A DNA stretch of 26,106 nucleotides from an uncultured Candidatus Saccharibacteria bacterium (lineage in GTDB: Bacteria > Patescibacteriota > Minisyncoccia > Phycocordibacterales > Zambryskibacteraceae): NCBI GenBank assembly GCA_964494215.1, contig CAZBQU010000002.1, positions 1 through 26,106 on the forward strand. The letters are read 5' to 3'. Of this stretch, positions 8,136 through 15,801 are shown piece by piece (positions within the stretch are counted from its first letter, which is position 1; the number at the start of each line of letters is the position of its first letter). The position numbers and the translations under genes are program-made. The notes below the pieces were generated by a model, which searched no databases, was not told the origin of the DNA, and saw only the letters and a list, made by a program, of their open reading frames with translations.

Positions 8136-8646
8136 AGACCTTGTTCGCCCAGTAGAGAAGGAGGATCGCCGCAATGATGGTTAAGGACATTGTAGGGATG
8201 GTGACGTAGCCATACGCATATACATACAACTTAGCGCAGGAAGCCGTGGCCTCACACGGGATAAGCGGATTGCCACCCCACTGAATGTAGGCGTGGTACA
8301 GGGAGAGGACAAGTCCCATGAGTGAAAGCGGAAGAACGTAGCTGAAGGCTCCTCGATCCTTCTTCACATATCCAACAAAGAAGAGCGCGAGCATAGGATA
8401 GATGGCAACACGCTGCCACCAGCACAAGTAGCAAGGCTCAAAGCCAACACCGTTTGAATAGAAGAGGCTGCCCGCAATAGCGATGAAGGCGACGAAGATA
8501 CCAAGAAGAAGAGCGTGCTTCCCCATGAAGCGAGCAAGATTTCTCCCAAACGTATGTCGGAACACAAGCGCGAGGAATGCAACGACAAGGACAATATCGA
8601 ACGCGACGACAAGAGCTGGCAAGACTGATTGGATGGTAGCGATCAT
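8116..8646 (-). CDS. dsbB: Disulfide bond formation protein B (DsbB/BdbC family)
   Basis: Multiple TM segments, FEPCYLCWWQR, a second Cys pair PCEATASC, and VTIPTMSL. Start moved to ATG 8646. Confidence 0.88.
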   Translation of the reverse strand: MIATIQSVLPALVVAFDIVLVVAFLALVFRHTFGRNLARFMGKHALLLGIFVAFIAIAGSLFYSNGVGFEPCYLCWWQRVAIYPMLALFFVGYVKKDRGAFSYVLPLSLMGLVLSLYHAYIQWGGNPLIPCEATASCAKLYVYAYGYVTIPTMSLTIIAAILLLYWANKVYEHRHA

Positions 8647-8647
8647 A

Positions 8648-9016
8648 TTATTGCGGTAATGAGCAACGAGAAGCAGCTGCGAGATCAGCAAGTGGCACCT
8701 CCCCCGTCTTCACTGTGCCGTCGGGGAACTTCCACGTAGGATATCCAGTAATACCAGCGGCTTCGCAAACAGGCAACTGATTGTTCCCATCGGGAGTGGA
8801 GCACTCGATGTAAGGCAAGAGCTTTGCAGACGCGCCGAACATGGCCTTTTGATTCTGGCAATGTGGGCACCAGAAGGTACCGTAGAAAAGAGTGCCACTC
8901 TCCTTCAAACATGTGGCGAAGGCATCAAGCTTCCCTGGTCGACCAGGCGTACGCACAAGCCAGAAGACAAAAGCCACGAAGAGGATGAGCACGACGACCC
9001 AGGTATATTTTTTCAT
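8648..9016 (-). CDS. Membrane-anchored thioredoxin/glutaredoxin-like oxidoreductase (similar to the VKOR-associated Trx domain)
   Basis: N-terminal hydrophobic anchor, YGTFWCPHC, YIECS...C...GYPTW; six Cys in total. Confidence 0.85.
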   Translation of the reverse strand: MKKYTWVVVLILFVAFVFWLVRTPGRPGKLDAFATCLKESGTLFYGTFWCPHCQNQKAMFGASAKLLPYIECSTPDGNNQLPVCEAAGITGYPTWKFPDGTVKTGEVPLADLAAASRCSLPQ

Positions 9017-9025
9017 ATGTTTTAA

Positions 9026-9031
9026 AGTATA
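9026..9031 (-). promoter_or_regulatory. -10 box TATACT, 9 nt upstream of the thioredoxin-like gene ATG
   Basis: TATACT-ttaaaacat-ATG. Confidence 0.5.
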
Positions 9032-9040
9032 GAAGAAAAC

Positions 9041-9598
9041 TTAGAATTGTGACAGACCACGGAGCGAGAGGCCGACGACGAGAAGAGTAATCATCATGCG
9101 AAGAATCGAGCCGATCACGGTGAGAATAAGGAAGCGCGTAAAAGGCATGCGGATAAAGCCTGCCGCCACGTCGATAGGAATCGACGGCAGGACTGGGAAA
9201 CAGCGGAGAGCAAAGAATGCGGCTTCGTCATAACGCGTATTGGCGAAGTACTGCTTCATCCCTTCTACCTTCTCCCAGCTCACTCGGAAATATTTTCCAT
9301 ATCTTACGATAAGAGGTTTCCCTCCATAGTATGTGAGGAGATAGAACGGGATTGAACCCAACGCCGCGCCGATTCCCACTGGCAAGGCGACGAAGAGGAA
9401 GAGCTTGCCCGCCAAAACGGCCGTAAAGACACCCTTCAAGAACGCAAGCTGCCCTGCGAGCACGAGTGCGAAGGGGAAGACTCCGAGAAGGTCATTCAAA
9501 AACGACGCAAGGAAAAGCGGCCACACACTCGCAGGTCCAGGATCTATGACGAGCCGCTCCGCCGCCACGAGCACATCAATAGGATGGAAGATGCTCAT
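9041..9598 (-). CDS. DedA/VTT family membrane protein
   Basis: GAALGSIPFYLLTYYGG, LRCFPVLP, AAGFIRMPFTRF, IGSILR. Start moved to ATG 9598, 5 nt after the secA stop. Confidence 0.85.
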   Translation of the reverse strand: MSIFHPIDVLVAAERLVIDPGPASVWPLFLASFLNDLLGVFPFALVLAGQLAFLKGVFTAVLAGKLFLFVALPVGIGAALGSIPFYLLTYYGGKPLIVRYGKYFRVSWEKVEGMKQYFANTRYDEAAFFALRCFPVLPSIPIDVAAGFIRMPFTRFLILTVIGSILRMMITLLVVGLSLRGLSQF

Positions 9599-9603
9599 AG
9601 ACC

Positions 9604-12096
9604 TTAACGTTGAGCCGCGGTGAGTCGCATGTGCTCTTCCGTCTTCAAGAGACCGCACTTCTTATACTTCTTACCACTACCACATGGGCACGGTTCGTTA
9701 CGTCCGGCGTCTGAATCCGGAACAGAAGCGCCCGAAAGGCTGACAGCAATCGGCTCAGCGCCAGACACGGGGATAGCTTCCATTGCCTGAGTATCCACAT
9801 TTAAGACGAACTCCCCCACCTGCCGCGCGGTCGAATGCTCCATGTCGCGGAAGAAGCGCAAACCCTCTCTCTTGTATTCCACGAGCGGGTCACGTTGCCC
9901 GTATGCACGCAAGTTCACGCTGTTGCGGAGATACTCCATCATTTCCAAGTGATCTACCCAGAACAGGTCGACGGTGTGGAGGATAAGGCGACGCAAGGTT
10001 TCCTTCGTTGCCTCATTGGTAAAGTCGAGGGTCGCGAACTTTTTGTCAAAAGCTTCATGCACGGAAGGCTCTAAGCTTTCGCGTGTTTCCATAAGATAGG
10101 CACGGATCTCTGCTTCGTTCCCGAGCAAAATGCCGCGTCGACGACCATAGATGATATTTCTCTGGAAGTTAAGAACGTCGTCGAACTCAAGGACGTGCTT
10201 TCTCGCATCAAAGTTGAAGCCTTCAATCTTTTCCTGCGCCTTCTCGAGCGAGTTGGTGATGAGTTTATTCTCAATCGGCTCATCTTCGGCGATATTGAAG
10301 CGGCCCATCATCTTCTTGATCATATCGACAGCGAAGATGCGCATAAGAGAGTCCTCCAAGGAAACAAAGAACTGCGTAGCACCTGGGTCTCCTTGGCGTC
10401 CGGAACGACCACGGAGCTGGTTGTCGATACGGCGGGCGTCGTGTCGCTCCGTACCTAAGACAAAGAGGCCGCCCAAGGCCTTCACTTCTTCATAGGTCTC
10501 AGTGGCCATGGGGCTACCGCCGAGTTTAATGTCGACACCGCGACCTGCCATGTTGGTAGCGATCGTCACTGCCCCCTTGCGACCGGCCTGAGCGATAATC
10601 TCTCCTTCACGTTCATGATTTTTGGCATTCAAAATTTCGTGCGGAATGTTGGCCGCCTTCAAGTACTCACTCAAGAGTTCGTTGTGCTCAATAGAAACAG
10701 TGCCGATAAGGACGGGCTGGCCCTTAAGAGAGAGCTCCTTCACCTTCTTCGCAACGGCCTTCATCTTGCCGGCAAGTGTTTGGAAGATGAGATCACCACG
10801 ATCTTCGCGCGCCACCGGGCGATGCGTCGGAATAACGTATGTTTCAAGACCATACACTTTATAAAATTCTTCCTTCGAGGTAACAGCGGTACCCGTCATG
10901 CCAGCGAGCTTGCCGTACATACGGAAAAAGTTCTGGAACGTGATCGACGCGTAGGTGCGGGATTCTTCTTTGATACGCGCACCTTCTTTAGCTTCGATCG
11001 CCTGGTGTAAGCCCTCAGACCAACGGCGCCCTGGTTGCATGCGGCCAGTGAACGCATCCACGATAACAACCTCGTTGTCGCGCACGACGTATTCTTTATC
11101 TTTGCGGTACAGAGCCTTAGCCTTCACCGCCGTTTCCAGGTGATGCACGTACTTAACGCCTCCTTCTGTATAAATATTCTCAATACCAAGAAGCTTTTCC
11201 GCTTTGGTAATCCCCTCGTCTGTCATAGAAATCGCACGCAGCTTCTCATCGATAGTAAAGTCGGCACCTTCGGTAAGAGATGTCGCAATCCGAGCGAAGG
11301 TCGTATACAACTCACCGGCACTCCCTACGTTACCAGAAATAATAAGCGGCGTTCGAGCTTCGTCGATAAGAATAGAGTCAACTTCGTCGACAATAGCGTA
11401 ATGCCACCCACGCTGCACCAACTGCTTCGGGTCATGGACCATGTTGTCGCGCAGATAATCGAAACCGAATTCATTGTTCGTACCATACGTAATGTCGGCA
11501 CGATATGCTTCCTGCTTCGTCGCGGCACGGAGGAACTCATACACCACTTTGAAAGAACCTTTGTCATCTCGCTCCTTATCTTTCTCCTCATCAACGTGAC
11601 TTTCGTCGTATACAAATGAAGCTTGTGAATTCAACACACCCGTAGTGACACCGAGAGCAGCATACACCTGCCCCATATCGACGGCATCACGGCGAGAAAG
11701 ATAATCATTTACAGTAACGACGTGCACGCCCTTACCGTCGAGTGCCATGAGATACGCCGCGAGTGTAGCGACAAGTGTTTTACCTTCACCGGTTTTCATT
11801 TCTGCAATACCACCATGGAAAAGTGCGAGACCGCCCAAAATCTGAACATCGAAATGACGTTCATGTCTCGTTCGCTTCGCCGCTTCGCGCACAGCCGCAA
11901 ACGCTTCGGGCAAAATTTCTTCAAGAGAAGCGCCCTCGGCAAGACGCTTTTTAAATTCTAATGTTTTTGCTTTAAGCTCGTCGGCAGAAAACTTTTCGTA
12001 CTCAGGTTCGAGTGCGTTAACTGTGGCGACAGTTGAGCGCCACAATTCAATCTTCTTATCTTCCGTGGAGCGGAATAATGAGGTGAAAAAAGCCAT
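9604..12096 (-). CDS. secA: Preprotein translocase ATPase SecA
   Basis: MKTGEGKT, IVDEVDSILIDEARTPLIISG, ATNMAGRGVDI, QLRGRSGRQGDPG and a C-terminal SEC-C-like CPCGSGKKYKKC. Start moved to ATG 12096. Confidence 0.98.
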   Translation of the reverse strand: MAFFTSLFRSTEDKKIELWRSTVATVNALEPEYEKFSADELKAKTLEFKKRLAEGASLEEILPEAFAAVREAAKRTRHERHFDVQILGGLALFHGGIAEMKTGEGKTLVATLAAYLMALDGKGVHVVTVNDYLSRRDAVDMGQVYAALGVTTGVLNSQASFVYDESHVDEEKDKERDDKGSFKVVYEFLRAATKQEAYRADITYGTNNEFGFDYLRDNMVHDPKQLVQRGWHYAIVDEVDSILIDEARTPLIISGNVGSAGELYTTFARIATSLTEGADFTIDEKLRAISMTDEGITKAEKLLGIENIYTEGGVKYVHHLETAVKAKALYRKDKEYVVRDNEVVIVDAFTGRMQPGRRWSEGLHQAIEAKEGARIKEESRTYASITFQNFFRMYGKLAGMTGTAVTSKEEFYKVYGLETYVIPTHRPVAREDRGDLIFQTLAGKMKAVAKKVKELSLKGQPVLIGTVSIEHNELLSEYLKAANIPHEILNAKNHEREGEIIAQAGRKGAVTIATNMAGRGVDIKLGGSPMATETYEEVKALGGLFVLGTERHDARRIDNQLRGRSGRQGDPGATQFFVSLEDSLMRIFAVDMIKKMMGRFNIAEDEPIENKLITNSLEKAQEKIEGFNFDARKHVLEFDDVLNFQRNIIYGRRRGILLGNEAEIRAYLMETRESLEPSVHEAFDKKFATLDFTNEATKETLRRLILHTVDLFWVDHLEMMEYLRNSVNLRAYGQRDPLVEYKREGLRFFRDMEHSTARQVGEFVLNVDTQAMEAIPVSGAEPIAVSLSGASVPDSDAGRNEPCPCGSGKKYKKCGLLKTEEHMRLTAAQR

Positions 12097-12106
12097 ATAA
12101 GGACTC

Positions 12107-12115
12107 ATTTTACCA
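12107..12115 (-). promoter_or_regulatory. Extended -10 (TGGTAAAAT), 10 nt upstream of the secA ATG
   Basis: TGn-TAAAAT; it overlaps the longer start used by the ORF track. Confidence 0.55.
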
Positions 12116-12128
12116 TATTTTACGCCAA

Positions 12129-12168
12129 GAAAAAGCGCTTCCCCTTATACAGGGAGAAGCGCTTTTTC
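12129..12168 (-). terminator. Intrinsic (likely bidirectional) terminator downstream of the Lys-rich micro-ORF
   Basis: Perfect 13-bp arms gaaaaagcgcttc (12129-12141) / gaagcgctttttc (12156-12168), an inner ccct/aggg stem, and T-tracts on both strands. Confidence 0.8.
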
Positions 12169-12184
12169 GTGGGCCCTAAGAGAA

Positions 12185-12274
12185 CTAACGGCTCTTCTTC
12201 TTTTTCGAAACGGCTTTCTTCTTCTTAGGAGCTGCCTTCTTCTTCTTAGGAGCGACCTTCTTTTTCTTTGCCAT
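12185..12274 (-). CDS. 29-aa lysine-rich micro-protein MAKKKKVAPKKKKAAPKKKKAVSKKKKSR (histone H1 tail-like)
   Basis: ATG at 12274 and TAG at 12185-12187, with a 21-nt repeat unit and a terminator 16 nt downstream. 13 of 16 Lys codons are AAG, so long poly-A runs are avoided. Confidence 0.75.
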   Translation of the reverse strand: MAKKKKVAPKKKKAAPKKKKAVSKKKKSR

Positions 12275-12284
12275 TGATGGAATG

Positions 12285-12349
12285 TGTTGCTCTTCGATTA
12301 CTCGGAGAACAGATTACTAGTAACCCTGAGCCGCAGAAGATATTCTGCG
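12285..12349 (-). ncRNA. Candidate structured 5' leader / cis-regulatory RNA (three hairpins)
   Basis: Hairpins at 12332-12349 (CGCAGAA/UUCUGCG), 12310-12328 and 12285-12311 (GUAA tetraloop), found by eye; no known family recognised. Confidence 0.4.
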
Positions 12350-12413
12350 CTTGATTCAATTATCGTATGTATGCGCCGAAACACAATAGGCAAACAGAGA
12401 AAAAAGCCGAAAG

Positions 12414-12422
12414 TGTGGATAA
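12414..12422 (-). promoter_or_regulatory. Perfect DnaA box TTATCCACA
   Basis: The plus strand reads TGTGGATAA in intergenic DNA next to an AT-rich inverted repeat (12424-12442). Confidence 0.55.
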
Positions 12423-12452
12423 CCGAAAAAAATATTTTTTCGAATTTTTTTA

Positions 12453-14492
12453 TTACAGCTGCTTCAAAAGTTCGTCGTACGTCGCAGCGTTTGCAGGATC
12501 AAGTTTTTTTCTCGCCTCGAGAATCGCGCGCACGCGATCCATACGTCCGTTGCCGTAGTACGCAGAAACAATGCGCGAATCCATCGTCACACGATCCAAC
12601 GGAATCAAAGCAAGCATCTCTGCTTCCGCGCGAGTGTTTCTTGCATAAATTGCACCGATGAGATAAATAATCCGAGCTTCTTCGTATTGCGGCGCGAGCT
12701 CATACGCTTCCTTGAACACGGCGAGAGCATTGTCGAACTGCTTCGCACTGATATACGCGGATCCAAGCTCAAAGTAGACCTGTTGCTTTTCTGGCATGAG
12801 CGTGCGAGCGCGAGTGAGATGTGTCATACCTTCGTCGAGGTTCCCCACCAAGGCAAGGAATTGCCCGGCCAAAAGTTCATGGCGTGCGTCAGAGGCATAT
12901 CTCGCATCTTGCGCCGCGATCGTTTCCTTGAGGAAATTGTAAAACTCATTTTTTTTCTCAAGTGCAATCTCACTCTGGAGAATCACGGAGACATTGTTGA
13001 CGGCCTGTTCCGTAGCTTCGATATGTCCAAGATTGCTTGCTTCAAGTGCCGAACGGAAGGAGTCTGTCGCCACGCCATAGTCTTTAACAGAAACAGCTTT
13101 GAGCGCATTCAAGAGAGAAAGATTCCCAGAAAGCGGCCGCCACTCAACGACATAGAGAGAACCAATGAGAAGGAGGGCTGCACCGAGCATCACTGCATTC
13201 CGACCGTTCTCACCCAACTCCTTATGCTTCCACACCGTCTCCCCCGCTGTGCGTCCGTGAATATAAGCCAGCAAGGTGAAGAAAAGTATGTAGCTCACCA
13301 AATGGTCGAAAACAAACATATTGTGGAAGAAGTACGCCGCCATAAGCGAGGTGAGCACCGCCCGTTCGAGGAACGAGAGCGTGGCTCGACGCCAGATAAG
13401 ATACAAGGCCGCTCCATATAAGGAGAGGTACGTAAGGAGCCCTAGGACACCGCCGGCGACAAGCCAGTCAAGAAAGATATTGTGCGCACGGTCAAACCAC
13501 GGTTCGAGAGCGTACATCTTGGCACTGTAATGCTCTTGGAAAACGTACGAGAAGTTCTCCTGACCCCAACCGAGAAGCGGCCGCTCGAGGAATCCTTTCC
13601 ATGCCATTGGCCACACGTAGTAGCGACCCTGCGTCTGCAATTCCGCAGGGCTCAACGTCGCGAAGCGCGAGAGCACTGGGCTCTGCGTCACAAATTCCGT
13701 ATTGCGCGCCAAGAAAAATCCTCCCACAAGCAGTACAACAGCAGCAATTCCCACGAGACTTGCCTTCCGTACGCCTCGGTCGACAGTATTCCAAATGTTT
13801 AAAATAGCGAACACAAGCACCCCACCGAGCAGGCCTAAAATCGCACCACGCGTAGCCGTGTAGTAGAGGATGAAAGTTTGGAAAATGATGAGCCCTCCAT
13901 AGAGCCAGCGCGATTTCTGAATATGTCGTTCGCGGATAAGAAATAGCGCCGCGATAAAGATGTTGAAGAGCATGTACACCGCAAGATACGTCGCGTTACC
14001 GAAGGTGCCGTCAACGCGCACACCGCTTTGTGCGAGACGCAACGTCCCGAGAAGCTGCAAGAGCGCGTGCCCTCCTACGAGGAGCGACGCGATAAGCTCC
14101 GTCTTCCACCACTTGTTCCACAACTCCTCCGTCATCACCGCGCCCGCCACAATGAAATATGCGCCCAAGTGCAGGAGCGAAACGAAGCCGTCCATGCGCT
14201 CGTAGTTCGACCAGAAACTTTTAAGCGGTGCCACACCGAGAAGATCCGCCACGCCGATCACTGCGAGGAAGGCGAGGGCGGCGTAGAGGAGCATGGTCTT
14301 CTTTGGCCTATACGCAGGCACCATCGCCGCGAGCACGAGCCACAACGCGAAGATGATCTCCACCACAAACCGCCACGCAAAAGCTTTCGTCGTTACGTAC
14401 GGAAAGAAAAAGGAGCTATAGGTCAGGAATGGGATAAACGGAACGAGAAAAAGACCCCCCACAACAATACTCTTGAGTGTTTGTCTATTCAT
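12453..14492 (-). CDS. O-antigen ligase family (Wzy_C/WaaL/O-OTase-like) membrane protein with C-terminal TPR region
   Basis: Many TM segments, GTFGNATYLA, TATRGAILG, RYYVW...PLLGWGQENF, AHNIFLDWLVAGGVLG and TPR-like helical repeats. Confidence 0.9.
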   Translation of the reverse strand: MNRQTLKSIVVGGLFLVPFIPFLTYSSFFFPYVTTKAFAWRFVVEIIFALWLVLAAMVPAYRPKKTMLLYAALAFLAVIGVADLLGVAPLKSFWSNYERMDGFVSLLHLGAYFIVAGAVMTEELWNKWWKTELIASLLVGGHALLQLLGTLRLAQSGVRVDGTFGNATYLAVYMLFNIFIAALFLIRERHIQKSRWLYGGLIIFQTFILYYTATRGAILGLLGGVLVFAILNIWNTVDRGVRKASLVGIAAVVLLVGGFFLARNTEFVTQSPVLSRFATLSPAELQTQGRYYVWPMAWKGFLERPLLGWGQENFSYVFQEHYSAKMYALEPWFDRAHNIFLDWLVAGGVLGLLTYLSLYGAALYLIWRRATLSFLERAVLTSLMAAYFFHNMFVFDHLVSYILFFTLLAYIHGRTAGETVWKHKELGENGRNAVMLGAALLLIGSLYVVEWRPLSGNLSLLNALKAVSVKDYGVATDSFRSALEASNLGHIEATEQAVNNVSVILQSEIALEKKNEFYNFLKETIAAQDARYASDARHELLAGQFLALVGNLDEGMTHLTRARTLMPEKQQVYFELGSAYISAKQFDNALAVFKEAYELAPQYEEARIIYLIGAIYARNTRAEAEMLALIPLDRVTMDSRIVSAYYGNGRMDRVRAILEARKKLDPANAATYDELLKQL

Positions 14493-14520
14493 GCCCCATA
14501 TCGTACCATGGTAGCCATAT
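14493..14520. promoter_or_regulatory. 28-bp divergent promoter with overlapping -10 boxes
   Basis: Minus strand: TGG-TACGAT-7 nt-ATG. Plus strand: TACCAT-11 nt-ATG. A 10-bp palindrome TACCATGGTA lies at 14504-14513. Confidence 0.55.
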
Positions 14521-15801
14521 ATGCAGCATCTCCGCTCTCAAGCACACTCCCTCCTCCGCAAAAGCGAGAGCATCTTCAAAACTGATATGGTCTACCTGGC
14601 CAAAGGTAGTTTTTGGTTCGCCTTTTCTCAAGCAATTGTTTCCCTGTCTTCCTTTGGCCTCGCTATTGCCTTTGCCCACTTCCTGACAAAAGAGGCTTAC
14701 GGTCAGTACAAATACATACTCTCGATTGCGGGCCTACTGGGCACAATCACTCTTACCGGGCTGCCCTCGGCGGTCATGAGAGCTATTTCGCAAGGCTACG
14801 ATGGAACGCTTTCATATGCATTTTGGAAAAACATTCGATGGAGTGCCATCTCTGCGTTAGCAGCAGCTCTCTTGGGAGGCTACTATTTCTACAAAGGCAA
14901 CAACTCTCTTGGTATCTCGATGCTCTTCGTAGGATCACTTTGGCCTTTTTTCCAAAGCAGCAACCTATACAACTCATACCTCGTAGCCAAAAAGGATTTC
15001 AAAAGAAACGCAATATATTTTGAAATTATCGGCAACATCTTCCCTATTCTTGCCTTGTTACTCACCATGACCCAAACGGGTAACCCAACCTGGCTCGTGG
15101 CTACGTACCTTGTTTCCAATACCTTCATTGGTCTTATATTGTATAGACGTGTTATCTCAATCTATGCACCACGCGGCCCGATAGATGAACATGCGTTAGG
15201 TTACAGCAAACACCTCAGCTTCATGGGGATCCTCTCCGGTATCGCCGCACATCTTGATCAAATCTTGGTCTTCCAATACATTGGTGCCGCCGAATTGGCA
15301 ATTTATAACTTTGCCACAGCCATCCCCAACCAAGCCAAAGGACCTTTGAAGGGGCTTTCAACATTAATGTTTCCTAAATTTGTTGAGCGAGATGAGAAAG
15401 AAATCCAATCAGGCATGAACCATAAATATCTTGTGATGTTTATGGCGGGCCTCGCCCTCACTATCGTCTATATATGTGCTGCCCCTTATATCTTCTATTA
15501 CTTGTTTCCTCAATACACAGATTCAATCATTTACTCTCAGATTTTTGCCCTGTCTTTTCTAAGTATCACCTTCAATCCAGCGGACGTGTACCTTTCGGCT
15601 AAAAAGAAAATCCATGAACAATATATCGGCACTCTCACCAACGCCGTCATCCAAATAATAATGACATTCGTTGCCATTATTAACTGGGGGTTACTCGGGC
15701 TCATTATTGCCCGCGTCGCTGTGCGCATGCTGGGTAATCTTACCAGCCTTGCCCTCTATCACTACTCAATTAAACGCGATTTGAAACTCCATGGAGAATA
15801 A
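14521..15801 (+). CDS. wzx: Wzx/RfbX-type oligosaccharide flippase
   Basis: About 12 TM segments, LTKEAYGQYKYILS, LDQILV...GAAELAIYNFA. Confidence 0.88.
   Translation: MQHLRSQAHSLLRKSESIFKTDMVYLAKGSFWFAFSQAIVSLSSFGLAIAFAHFLTKEAYGQYKYILSIAGLLGTITLTGLPSAVMRAISQGYDGTLSYAFWKNIRWSAISALAAALLGGYYFYKGNNSLGISMLFVGSLWPFFQSSNLYNSYLVAKKDFKRNAIYFEIIGNIFPILALLLTMTQTGNPTWLVATYLVSNTFIGLILYRRVISIYAPRGPIDEHALGYSKHLSFMGILSGIAAHLDQILVFQYIGAAELAIYNFATAIPNQAKGPLKGLSTLMFPKFVERDEKEIQSGMNHKYLVMFMAGLALTIVYICAAPYIFYYLFPQYTDSIIYSQIFALSFLSITFNPADVYLSAKKKIHEQYIGTLTNAVIQIIMTFVAIINWGLLGLIIARVAVRMLGNLTSLALYHYSIKRDLKLHGE

Noticed and set aside
12216-12253. Short direct repeats as a CRISPR remnant or simple microsatellite
   Set aside because: The 21-nt period has no unique spacers, is in frame, and is explained by the Lys-rich peptide.
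12285-12349. Leader hairpins as tRNA, SRP RNA or 6S RNA
   Set aside because: No cloverleaf or T-loop, no SRP helix-8 motif, and too short for 6S; retained only as an unknown structured leader.
12414-12442. Replication origin
   Set aside because: Only one perfect DnaA box, a very short AT-rich tract, and no dnaA/dnaN nearby.
12284-14585. Plus-strand ORFs 12284-12661, 12687-13421, 14028-14585 and similar
   Set aside because: Antisense to the well-supported ligase gene, with no motifs; expected in GC-rich coding DNA.
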